In this document: positions 36,953 through 48,020 of the stretch, piece by piece | Layout of the letters: each line of letters starts with the position of its first letter | Numbering within the stretch: position 1 is the stretch's first letter | Source of the DNA: Hemiscyllium ocellatum | Taxonomy: Eukaryota | NCBI RefSeq assembly: GCF_020745735.1 | Contig: NC_083416.1 | Coordinates: 44,479,131-44,543,130, forward strand | DNA length: 64,000 nt | Direction of reading: 5' to 3' | Notes under the pieces: generated by a model | Seen by the model: the letters and a program-made list of their open reading frames with translations, nothing else | What the model was told of the DNA's origin: nothing | The model's database searches: none | Translations under genes and position numbers: made by a program

Positions 36953-37899
36953 CAAATCCCATTCTGTCATTGAAGTTGTGCTACTGATGTTTGTATTGTG
37001 TAACTGGATCCAACTACAGATCCTTCCAGAAGCTCTACTTGGGAAAGAGCATCCATCATGTATGCGTGAGATGTTTGTCAAAAACTTCCTCCTAGTCCAA
37101 ACCAATTAGGTGAATATCCAGCCTCTGTCTCTCACATGGAGAGTTATATCCTCTGAATAGCACAAGGCTCTCAGATGATTTCCTGCTGGGTACAATGGTG
37201 GGATCCAGTCAGAGTTAATAACCTATTACTGGTACATAAAAATCTGCAGATTTTGAAGGTAAATTTCTATAGCGAGACTATAAACAGAAAATGCTCAGCA
37301 GTTTGGGCAGCTCTATAAGCTGAAATAGAATTGATATTTTGGGTTGATGGTGGTTCTTCAGAAAAGATCTGATTGGCCTTCTCTTCTAGAGGTGAATATA
37401 TGGCAATAAAAGTGAAGACCATAGACTGTCATGTCCATCAAAGGTTATGTAAACTTTTTTATAAAATGCAAAACTGGATTGGCAAACTTTGGGCAAACTC
37501 TGAAGTATGCAGGAGAATAGTTAGGAGTTGTCAAGTACGGCAATCCACTGACTAGAAGCGTAACATTATGTGACATAAAGTATTGATTGGATTCATTTGA
37601 AATCCATCAGTAATGTGTCCTTTACGCTTAGTAAGCAGCGTGACAATTTCCATATGACCTGGTCTCACCAAGTCTGCCTGAGCATCAAATTAGAATGTGT
37701 GAAAGAAAGAAATAGCGGACCTAATTCAAACCAAAAAGAAACAGAATTTTCACAGCTTAGCTTAGATTAACATGTAGTTAGATTTTAGGTGTGTTAGACA
37801 GGTTATTTATGAGAACAATAAAATCTTTTAACTGAGACTATCCTAAATTTGTAATATTTCTTTTATTTACTTTATCTAATATCTCAAGAGGATATAAGA

Positions 37900-39140
37900 A
37901 TATCTGGAAGTGGAAAAAATAGTAATGAATGGTCAGCATAGATTTCAAAAGGCAGAATCCTGTTTGACTAAGCATATTGATTTATTTTGAATTTTTAAGA
38001 TAAAATAGTATTAGATATGATTTATCTTAATTTTTAAAATTTTGAGAAGATTCCAATAATAGACTAATGAATAAGATCAATGAATGGAGAGTCAGGGGCA
38101 AATGACTGAATTAATTATTAACTGGCTTGCAGACAGATGAAAGGAGATTTGGAGTAAAACACAGTTATTCAGAGTTGCAGAAGGTGAGAAGTGATTTCCA
38201 CAAAGATCAGTGCTTGTGAGCGCTGTTCACAATTTGGATTTAAGAATCAAAGTTGCATTTCAAAATTTGCAAATTGAGGAGGATTATCAACACTGAGAAG
38301 GCCTGCAACAAATGAAAGGAAAACGTGAATAAACTTGCAAAATGGACAAATAATTAACAAATAAAGTTCAACACAGATAAATATGTAATTGTACATCTGG
38401 TTGGAACAATAGGATGACCATTTATTGGAAAGTATATGTCTAGGTAGAGTAGAGGAAGAAGGGATCTCAGGGCAAATGTATCAATCACAAAAGTTATATC
38501 ACATGTTAGCAAGCAAACCAGATGTCAGGGTTTATTTTTGGAGAATAGAATTGAAAATTTGTGAAGTTCTGCTAACGCTGTATTGAACTTTGGTTAAGTT
38601 CATTAACAGTCCTGTGTGGTTCTGGCTGTTAAACTATCAAGAGGATATGAAGGTATTGGAGAGGATGCAGAGAATAAATACAATTATAATACCAGAAATG
38701 CATGAGGGCCAGTATGAAGGAAGGATTGATAGGCTGAGTTTCTTGCTTCTTGAAAACATTGGGCTGATAAGTGATCCATTAGAGGTATTTAGAAATATTA
38801 AAGGCTTTGAGAGAGTGAATATTATATTTCATCTTTCAGGAAGTAATAACTAGAAGCCATCAATATAAGATAGTCACCAAGAAATTCAACAGAGAATTTC
38901 ATAAGAAATCACTTGACTTAGAAAGTGGTAAAAATGTGGAACTGCCTACCAAAGGCAGTTAACATGAATAACTTAGACACAGTGAATAATGGCTAAGCAA
39001 TCGGGGTGAAGGAAATAGAGGATTATAGCTATAAGTTGATATAAGGAAAGATGAGAGGAGGCTTGAGTCAAGCATAACCACTAATATGAACAACTGCTAA
39101 GTTGGCCTGAATGGCTTGTTTCTGTGCCACATAGCCTATG
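37900..39140 (+). mobile_element. Old CR1
   Basis: ORF 38590-38853 (VLERMQR...DRLSFLLLE...LEVFRNIKG) and a decayed 3' UTR. Confidence 0.75.
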
Positions 39141-40519
39141 TAATAATCAGTTTAATATTCTGCATTAATTCTGTATTTGCATTACAGCTGTATTCATTTT
39201 ATTTCTGTTTTTAAATAGGTTGAAATGTGTGTGATTAACAATCACTGGCTGACATTGAACTGCCACTGAAATTCATTTCTCAACAGAACTTCTTTTTGGA
39301 TTGATAGCAATGTAATGTTACTGGCAAATGCACTCACGTTGCCACTGCTTAGTAAAAGTATAGAATGACTTCCTCAGCTTTTGTTCAAGTTTTTGAGATA
39401 CTTTGCCATTCCACAATAATTTGAGGGAAACCAGGTACTTTCCATTTCTGAAATTGATAGCCTTTAGTCTGTTTAGAAGTTTTCGCAATACAAAGTATGC
39501 ATTGATCTCATCAGGATACCTGATGTCCCACAGAACATTGTTGATGCACCTTATTTCTGCATCATGTTTGCAAGATGATCAACAACAGATAACTGATAAG
39601 ATCAAAGTCTTTTCCAATAATTGAATAACATTGTGTATGAAGTTCAGTGCCAATAGATGCTAAGCAAATAAATCCTACATCCTAATGACTGATTGATTGA
39701 ATCAACGGTATGTTTCTTCAGTTATTTGTAATGGACTGAGTACAGCCATGATGAAGGAAGTGGAAGCCTAATGACAGAATTTGTATTGTTATAAATTAAT
39801 ATTTTGGATTTGTATCTGTTGGTTATTGTTAGTGGTAAATATTTTTCTGACATTTGCAAACCAATATCGTTCCAACATTATTGTTTGTTTTTGCATCATC
39901 TTGTTCAACATGTTAAAAAAAAAGTAATGTTAAATCTCTGGATGTAGTTGCCTCCATGTAACCCATAGTGTATGCTTTTAGCTTGTAGCAGAGTGAAAAC
40001 TAGTTGGTTAACTTCTTGCATTTTACCATCTCTAGAATTCCAAATAATGAAATATACCTATAGTTAAAAATGATACATTTAAAATTCTGAACAATCCAAG
40101 CCTAAGATGACTTTTAAAAATGATATGTACTTTCATTCAAAAATAGAAATTGCTTGAGAAACACAGCAGACTTTTATCTATCCCCACACCCCGGGACATA
40201 TAATCACATGGGTTACTTTCAGCATACTAAATCTGCTGAGTTTCTCCAACAAGTTCTGTTTTTGTTTCAGATGTCCACCATCTGCAGTTCTTTGTTTCAC
40301 TTTAACATATTTCTGTTCATCTTTTTATCACCTTAAATATGAACATATTCTCGAGGTGATCATCTTCTAAGGTATGCAAAGTTTGTAGCAGTTATGTAAG
40401 GTATATGAGGTTAACCGCAAATATCACGCATCTATAAAATCTTGTCATTTCCAAGAATTGCACAAAATTTGAAACCACCTTGATTGAAAATGTTAGGATT
40501 TTTAAAATATCAAATGTAA

Positions 40520-40680
40520 CCATAACAACAACAATGTTTATTTATGTAGTGACTTGAGTGTAATGAAATACCAAGAGACTTCACAGGATCATTATAAAAC
40601 AAAGTGTGACACCGAGCCTCGGAGGGAGATATTTGGTTAGGTGATTAAAAGTTTGGTCAGAGGTGGGTTTTGAGACGTAT
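40520..40680 (-). mobile_element. L2-like LINE 3' end
   Basis: Reversed tail reads CACTACATAAATAACATTGTTGTTGTT. Confidence 0.55.
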
Positions 40681-41575
40681 GGAATATTGTGTGCAGTTCT
40701 GCTATCCCTCCTATCAGAAGGCTGTTGTGAAACTTGAAAGGATTCAGAAAAGATTTACAAGGATATTCCAGGCTTGGAGGATTTGTGCTATAGAGAGAGG
40801 CTGAGCAGGCTGGGGCTGTTTTTTCCTGGAGCATCAGGGGTGATCTTATAGAGGTTTATAAAATCATGAGAGGCATGGATAGGATAAATAGACAAGATGA
40901 AAGTGAGGACTGCAGATGCTGGAGTCTAGAGTCGAGAGTGTGGTGCTGGAAAAACACAGCAGATCAGACATCATCCGAGATGCAGGAGAATCAACATTTC
41001 AGACAGAAGCCCTTCAGCAATGAGGCTGTGATCTGAGGGGATGGTGAGATAAATGGGAGGTGGGGGCATGGGGCTGCAGAGAAGGTAGCTGAGTGCACGA
41101 TAGTTGGATGGAGGAGGGGGGTAATGGTGGTAAGTCAGGAAGGTGGGCAGAGTGGGTAGGTGGGAAAGAAGATGGACAGGTCATGAGGAAGGTGCCGAGT
41201 TGAAAGGTTGGAACAGGGATAAGATGGGGGGAGGGGAAATGAGGAAACTGGTGAAATCCAAGTTAATGCCATCGGGTTGGAGGGTCCCGAGGCGGAAGAT
41301 GCGTGGTTCTTCGTCCAGCCGTCAGGTGGTGTCTTTTCCATGGAGTAAGGGAGTCCAGAGCTAAGGGCATAAGTTTAGAATGAGAGGGGAAAATTAAAAA
41401 GAGACCTAAGGGGCAACGTTTTCATGCAGAAGGTGGTGCGTGTTTGAAATGAGCTGCCAGAAAAGTGGTAGAGGCTGGTACAATTACTACATTTAAAAGT
41501 CATCTGGATGGGAATATGAATAGGAAGAGTTTAGAGAGATATGGGCTCAATGTTGGCAAATGGGACTAGATTAGT
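40680..41575 (+). mobile_element. CR1 3' fragment split by a Penelope insertion
   Basis: ...ATAGACAAG (40896) rejoins GTCTTTTCC (41331) to restore the CR1 sequence. Confidence 0.9.
40897..41330 (-). mobile_element. 5'-truncated Penelope-like element (GIY-YIG C-terminus, 3' UTR, pLTR)
   Basis: Minus strand 41330-41241 reads TT*RLDEEPRIFRLGTLQPDGINLDFTSFL, followed by a pLTR with a decayed hammerhead near 40985-41020. Confidence 0.85.
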
Positions 41576-41688
41576 AAAACAATTCTAATTTGCTGCATAC
41601 TATCCAGAATCACAGAGAGGACTAGAAAGGTGGCAGCTTTCAGGCTGTCAAATGCCTCCTGACACTCCACTGTCCACTGAAATCTCTT

Positions 41689-41820
41689 AGGAGAAAGTGA
41701 GGACTGCAGATGCTGGAGATCAGAGCTGAAAAATGTGTTGCTGGAAAAGCGCAGCAGGTCAGGCAGCATCCAAGGAACAGGAAAATCGACGTTTTGGGCA
41801 TAAGCCCTTCTTCAGGAAGG
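41689..41820 (-). mobile_element. 132-bp solo Penelope pLTR with 14-bp TSD; hammerhead with G12 changed to A
   Basis: TSD CACTGAAAT(C/T)TCTT at 41675-41688 and 41821-41834; minus strand CTGAAGA-A-GGGC-TTAT-GCCC-AAAAC-GTC. Confidence 0.9.
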
Positions 41821-42282
41821 CACTGAAATTTCTTGCCTTTCTTTAATAATTCAGTGAGTGGAGCTGGCACACTACTAAGAATTGGTACAAATTTCCAATA
41901 AAATCCAGTCAATCCCAGGAATTTTAGTACTGCTCTTTTTATCAATGGTATGAGAAATTTCCCAATTAAATTTGTTTTTGCATTCCATGTGGGCCATATG
42001 TCCATGTCCAATAACATGGCCCAGGAAGGTGACTTGAGCTTTGGCAAATTTGCTTTTAGCCAGGGTTATCACCAAGCCTGCCTCCTGAAGTCAATCAAAT
42101 AATTTTGATAAATGTTGCAAATATTTCTTCCACATGTGACTAAAAATCGCCAGGTCATCAATATATACCATACAATTGGGTAATCCGGAAATGATCTTAT
42201 TGGTCAGCCTTTGAAATGTGGCTGGCACATTTTTCATGCAGTCCATTCAGCATTATGAAATCTGAAATTGACTTTGCTCTTT

Positions 42283-42380
42283 CAGAGCTGAAAATGTGTT
42301 GCTGGAAAAGCGCAGCAGGTCAGGCAGAATCTAAGGAACAGGAAATTCGACGTTTCGGGCATAAGCCCTTCATCAGGAAT
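42283..42380 (-). mobile_element. Solo Penelope pLTR inserted in Gypsy RT
   Basis: Same family as 41689-41820; replaces about 15 bp (the expected WQVPL) of the host RT. Confidence 0.9.
42345..42380 (-). ncRNA. Minimal type-I hammerhead ribozyme motif, intact core
   Basis: AUUC-CUGAUGA-A-GGGC-UUAU-GCCC-GAAAC-GUC^GAAU. Stem I AUUC/GAAU, 4-bp stem II, palindromic ACGU stem III. Activity not shown. Confidence 0.75.
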
Positions 42381-42489
42381 GTACCCTGAGTGAGTCCAAC
42401 TTGGAAATATAAGTTGCTTATCCCACCTTTTCAATGTAGCCTTCCAAACATGGAATCGGATATAAATCAGACGTTTTAACTGTATTGAA

Positions 42490-42983
42490 ATGTCGAAACG
42501 GACTACTTTAATAATGGCTAACAGATGCTGTCTAAGTCAACAATCAGGAAAGGCTTTCATGTACATTGTACATTGAAAGGGAAGTGGCCAGTTGTACCAG
42601 TTCAGGGTTTTTTCTAGTTTTGGTTGGGAACCCAAAGAAACAGCTCCATGCTGACCCCCTCTCTCTCTCTCTCTGATATCTCTCTCCTCCGAGAACCTGT
42701 GTTTTAATTTATCTTTTTGCTAAGGGGTGTGTTTATGGGATGTTGCAGGAAATCGGTACAGCTCTTATTGCACTTTCGTGTCAGTTGGGTTTTCAATTAG
42801 TTATGTTCTAAATTTGGTTTACTTTTGTTCCTGTGTCAATAAATTCTGTTTTGTTTAAAACCGAGTGGTATGACTTAAAACTAAATGGAATATTCATATT
42901 ACATCTGCTTATAACAACTAGAAAAGTTAGGTTCTAGGCTACCTTCTTAAAGTGTTTTGAGGGGGTCTGGTATGGTCCATAAC
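42490..42983 (+). mobile_element. Probable Gypsy LTR (partial)
   Basis: Contains (CT)n and AATAAA near 42838; ends GGGGTCTGGTATGGTCCATAAC. Confidence 0.5.
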
Positions 42984-43712
42984 TGTTAAGACATGGGGTA
43001 AACTTTCTTGCTTATTGTAAACCAGCAACACCGAAAAGATTTGTCCCGTGCAGTAATCTGTGAAAACTCGAGTGGCCAAGAACTACTTAAGTTAATATTA
43101 ACAACTTTATTTCTTAAAGTATGATACAGAATAATTAACTAACAACTATTTACAAGTCCTTCCGCTAACCTATCTTTTACTTTCCCCTTCTACAATGCTA
43201 GTCTGATAAAATTCCCAATAAAGATTTACAAACTTCTTTTCTCAAAACCAGGCAGCTTTCAGTTTTCTCTGTATACCTGTCTTCTTTTTGGGGGCTTCTG
43301 CTTTGCAGGTTACTGATTGATCAAGGAACCTTTTAATAGAGTTATTTTCCAGACAGTTTTTACATGTTGGTAACTTGGCAGTTCTCCTCTCAACTGTTCA
43401 ATTTTCCCTGGTCTTATACCACCCACCCACCCCCCCCACCCCCAAAGCATCAGATTGTAGCATTGAATTTAGTATATTGATGATCTTAAAAGCCAAACTG
43501 GATTGGCGTTTGATATTTTTTGGGGTATAGTTTAAATTGATTAGCCTGATTCGAATATGTTTTGTCATTTCCAGGCAGCCAGCTACCCTAGCTACCCCAG
43601 TACCTGGAGCACAAGTTACATTGTATTTTTTTTTCATAACACTTGGTGCTGTCAGGTAGTTTTTGCTAGCTTTTAACTCTTAAAGGTCCAGTACACTCAC
43701 ATCTTCATAACA
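42984..43712 (-). mobile_element. Gypsy-type LTR
   Basis: Termini TGTTAAGA...TCATAACA (7/8 inverted repeat); minus-strand AATAAA near 43106-43111. Confidence 0.6.
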
Positions 43713-43719
43713 ATAACAC

Positions 43720-44210
43720 AATGACTTGGAATTGGATATAGAAGATATAATTAGGAAGTTGTAGAGGCCCGTTTCCGAGCCATATGACTGTATGACATGA
43801 GAATTGGTGGTGGTGTTAATAGTGAGGTCAATGGTCTGGTATCGATCAGCTGATAAAATGGGCACAGTAGTGAAAGACGGAACTTAACCCCTGATGAGTG
43901 CAAGTTGATGCATTTTGAGATGACTATTTACACAATGAATGGTGGGTACCTATGGAGTACTGAGGAACAAAGGGACTTGTGTGCAACTCCATGGATCCCT
44001 GAAGGTGTCAGCACAGGTAGTCAGCGTGGTGATGAAGGCACATGGTATGCTTGCCTTCATTACGTGGCCATAGAATATCGGAGCAAGGAAGTCTTATCAC
44101 AATTTTATACAACATTGGTTAGATCACAGTAGGAATACTGTATGCAATTCTGCTCACCACGCTATCTGAAGGACATAACTGCATTGGAGAGGGTGCAGAG
44201 GAGGTTCATC
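43720..44210 (+). mobile_element. Old CR1 RT C-terminal fragment
   Basis: IEYRSKEVLSQFYTTLVRSQ in ORF 43905-44132. Confidence 0.75.
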
Positions 44211-44519
44211 AGATTTTAATTTCATAATTAATGTAATGTTCATTGCAATGGAAGCATCCACTGTCTCATTCCTTATATAAGACCTCTTGAACATATACGG
44301 ACGAGGGATTAGTTTCATTTGCAAAGTTTTCATTGCCTCAGTGACTTCAGGTTTTCTTCGCTTCCAATTAGCTGACTATTTCTTTGGTATCAGGTTTGAA
44401 ACTATTTTCTCTTCTTCACAACTCTTGTCTCCCCCCCGTCTACCCATGCAGCTTCAAGAGCCCAAATACAACATAGCTGAATCCTAACTGCTGGACCACA
44501 AAAGAAGCCACAAGCTTGA

Positions 44520-44800
44520 TTTTAGTGGTAATGTGAGGCTATGTGGGCCCATGGGTCTACAGATTGTGGTTGAATGCAAGTCTGCTGATATGCCTCATGG
44601 ATCCCAGAGTTGAGTTGCCAGATCTGTTCAATATCTGTCCTATTTCCCATAACAATGCCACACAACACTTTGGATGGTGCCCTCGGTATAAGAAAAGAAC
44701 TTCCATCTTCACAATGACTTTGTGGCAATCACTCTTATCGTGGACAGATGCATCCACAACAGGTGAATTGGTGACGATAAGGTCAAGTGAATTTTTCCCT
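44520..44800 (-). mobile_element. CR1-clade AP endonuclease fragment
   Basis: RGKNSLDLIVTNSPVVDASVHDKSDCH in ORF 44557-44820. Confidence 0.7.
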
Positions 44801-45409
44801 CTTTTTGTTTCTGTCAACACATATTAACAGCAATGTAGGTGTACCTACACACATGAACTGCAGCTTTAAGTAGGCCACTCAACCACCACCACATTGAGGG
44901 CAATAAATTCTGACCTAACCAGCAACATCTGCACCTTGTGAAAGATTGAATTATCTTTGGTAGGTTTAATGGGTAATTAGATACAAATCCATTAAGTTCT
45001 TAAAAAATTAGGAGGCCAAATAACACATGCCTTTTACTTGATTCAAATGATAGAATGGTATAATGATTAAGCATCTTCTACAGATTTCTGCAGATCTCAG
45101 TTAATCTCTTGATCTCTCAATCCCATGAATTTTCTAGTTAATTTGCAAATTGTGCATGATCGTTAATGTTATTTTTTGAACAAGATCTAGTAACATTATC
45201 TTTCAGATAGTTTCAGCAATGTGGATATTGAATTTTGTCCGTTGATATTTCCACCAGTAGATGGTGCTATATTTGTTCTGGAATCTGGGAAGTGACATAT
45301 AATGACAATAGACACAGTTAAAAAGTATTTGATTCTGTTTTAATTCACAGAATTCTTTCTTTGTTTTGCTTTTTAGATGCAGAAGATCCTGCTGTGATCA
45401 TACTCCTTT

Positions 45410-45845
45410 TGTGTGGGTATCAACTGTGGTCACTGTTCATAGCAGTCTTGCTTCTGAGTCAAAAAATTGTGGATTCAAGTCCCACTCCAGGACTTGAACA
45501 CACAACTCCAGGCTGACAGTGGTATGGAGGTGTGCTGTACTGTTGAAGGTGCTGTCTGCCAACTCAGATGGACACAAAAGACCCATAGTACTATTTTGAA
45601 GAAGAATAGAGGAAATATCCTTTTATCCTGACCAATATGTTTCCTTCAATCAATATTATAAAAACAGATTATTTAATCATTTAACACATTGCTGTTTGTG
45701 GTAACTTGCCATGCAGAAATTGGTGGAGATCTTTCCTACATTATTACACTGGTTTCAATTTGGAAGTACAGTGCTTAGTTTACTACAACATACTTTAGAC
45801 ATTCCACAGTCTTGAAAGATGCTATATAAATTCAAGTATTTCTTT
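45410..45845 (+). mobile_element. SacSINE1-like DeuSINE
   Basis: tRNA head (GGATTCAAGTCCC), Deu-domain-like ATTGCTGTTTGTGGTAACTTGCCATGCAGAAATTGG and L2-like tail GATGCTATATAAATTCAAG. Confidence 0.7.
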
Positions 45846-46299
45846 CTTTATGCCAAACCTTAAATACTCTAAGAAAGTGGCATTAAGCATTCTAGAATTG
45901 CAACATCTTTGTAATCATAGTGCTGCATAACTACAGTCAGGGAATTTCATGATTTGTTCCAAAAATAATGAAACGATAATGCATGTCCAAGTCAGGAATT
46001 GAAATACAGGGAATGAGGTGATGGTGCTGCCACTTTACGACTGAGTTGCTGAGATGGGAAATACTGCTCATTAGTTACAGTTGCTCTAGTATGTCTGTTG
46101 AACAATGAATTCTTGTATGCGTGGTGTGCCAGTGATAGAGTGGTAATCTCCTAGGGTAGATTTTTCCTTCTACTCAGTAGTATCTCCCCATTTATTTTGA
46201 AATACATATATCAGTGAGGTTTTCTGCAGGTCAATTATCATACAATGTTATTGTCAAATAATCAACCGATATGAATTAATTGAGCCCTCTCAGTATTTA

Positions 46300-46980
46300 T
46301 TGATTTTTACTTCCAAATTCTATTCCCTAGCTCCAGACTTCATCTCTCTCTCCCTGGCAATGTTAGAAACTAAAATAGTCTGTTTGCAACCTTGATATGA
46401 CATTTGACCCCAACATGAGCCTCAGCCCTGATATTCATAAGATCACTTGTTCCCACCTCTGTAAGATCCAATTTTGCCTGTCATCTCAGCTCACCTATGG
46501 GTGAAACCCTTATTCATTCTGTCACTACCTCTGAAGCTGACTTCAAAGGCACAACTGGCTGGTTTCTCACATTTTACCTTCTATAGATTTATAGTCATAC
46601 AAACCTCCACTGCCTGTGTTTTAATTGCAGCAAGTCCTGTTCACCTAACATCCCTGTGCTCACTGACTTCTACTGATTTCCAATCAAGCAACATCTTGAT
46701 TTTAAAATTCTTATTCTTGTTTTCAAATAGCTAAAGCCTCACTTTTCACCTTCTCTAACCCTCCAACATATCTATGCTCCTTATTCTGGCAACTTGAGCA
46801 TTCTCCATTATAATTGCTGCACTGTTGGTGGCTGCGCCTTCAGTCTCCAGACCCTGAGCTCTGGAAAACCTTCCCTCCATCTTTCTCTGCCTTTCTTTTC
46901 CCTCTTTTATGATTTTCATTAGAACCTATTCAATGAATCAAATATTTAGTCATCTGCCCTAATACTACTATTATGCATCT
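46300..46980 (+). mobile_element. Old L2 LINE 3' part
   Basis: TTTAAAATTCTTATTCTTGTTTTCAAA (FKILILVFK) and GGTGGCTGCGCCTTCAG...CTCTGGAA motifs. Confidence 0.65.
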
Positions 46981-47014
46981 TGTTTTTTTTATTACATTAT
47001 AGTTGATTGTAATA

Positions 47015-47370
47015 GGGGAGGTGATGGCCTCATGATATTATTGTTAAACCATTAATCCTGAGACCCTGGTAATGTTCTGGGGATTTGGGTTCAAATGCTG
47101 CTATGTCAGATGGTGGAATTTGAATTCAATTAGTATCTGGAATTAGGAGTGTAATGATGACCAAGAAACCATTATTGCTTGTTGGAAAAGCCCACCTGGT
47201 TCACTAATGTCCATTATTGAAGGAAACTGCCATCCTTACCTATCTGGCCTACATGTGATTCCAGACCCATGGAAATGTGGTTGACATTTAGCTGCCCTCT
47301 GGCCCAGTAGGGATGAGTAATAAAAACTGGCTTGGACAGTGATGCCCACATCCCATGAATAACTAAAAAA
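47015..47370 (+). mobile_element. tRNA-derived SINE with LINE-B-like 3' tail
   Basis: GGGGAGGTGATGGCC...GGGTTCAAAT head; tail AATAAAAACTGGCTTGGACAGTGATGCCCACATCCCATGAAT followed by an A run. Confidence 0.75.
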
Positions 47371-47539
47371 AAAGTTATTATCCATTTCCTAAATTGCAAG
47401 TGGCTACTTTTCTAAAATTTATTTATTGGCTGAAAAATATATTAATCATGAAAAGTGTAAATGCATTTCTTTTCTTCCTATCAGATCATGCAATTTAGTA
47501 TATAACCCATCAATCAGATATAGATATTTTTCTAATCAA

Positions 47540-47640
47540 CTTGTTCAGTGATGTTATTGCACACCCCTAAAGCTGGTGGGACTTGAACCCAGCTGATCTG
47601 GTTGGAGAGGCAAGGACACTACTACTGTACCACAAGACAC
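47540..47640 (-). mobile_element. Short tRNA-derived SINE
   Basis: Reverse-strand copy of the 27930 family (GGGACTTGAACCC). Confidence 0.65.
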
Positions 47641-47789
47641 TATCAATCTGATATCCTAACATAAAAATAAAGCAATAGCAAATTATTTCATGAGTGATAT
47701 CATATATATCATATAGACCCACGTAGAGCTTAAAATTATTATATTTAGCCCCATGCTAAACAAACTCATGCTGCATGTAATCCTAATAA

Positions 47790-48020
47790 GAGTCAAGATT
47801 AGAGTGGTGTTGAAAAAACACAGCAGGTCAGACAGCATCTGAGGAGCAGGAAAATCGATGTTTTGGGCAGAAGTCCTTCAGCAGGATAATTCCTGATGAA
47901 GGGCTTTTGCCCGAAACGTCGATTTTCTTGTTCCTTGGAATGCTGCCTGACCTAATGTGCCTTTCCAGCTCCACACTAATCTTGACTCTAATCTCCAGTA
48001 TCTGCAGAGCCCACTTCTGC
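47790..48020. mobile_element. Head-to-head inverted pair of Penelope pLTRs
   Basis: AGAGTCAAGATTAG...CCTTCAGCAGGA-TAAT-TCCTGATGAAGG...CTAATCTTGACTCT; arms about 95 bp. Confidence 0.9.
47888..47925 (+). ncRNA. Minimal type-I hammerhead ribozyme motif, intact core
   Basis: AAUUC-CUGAUGA(47893-47899)-A-GGGC-UUUU-GCCC-GAAAC-GUC^(47920)-GAUUU. Confidence 0.7.

Larger units (their letters stand above)
41590..42480 (-). mobile_element. Gypsy LTR-retrotransposon RT/connection fragment
   Basis: ISKLDSLR, SERAKSIS, GLPNCMVYIDDLAIFSH, VTFLGHVIG, FLGLTGFYWKFVP, FQWTVECQEAFDSLK. Confidence 0.9.

Noticed and set aside
39680-39790. ATGATGA and CTGA motifs suggesting a C/D snoRNA
   Set aside because: Boxes are in the wrong order, and there is no terminal stem or recognisable guide.
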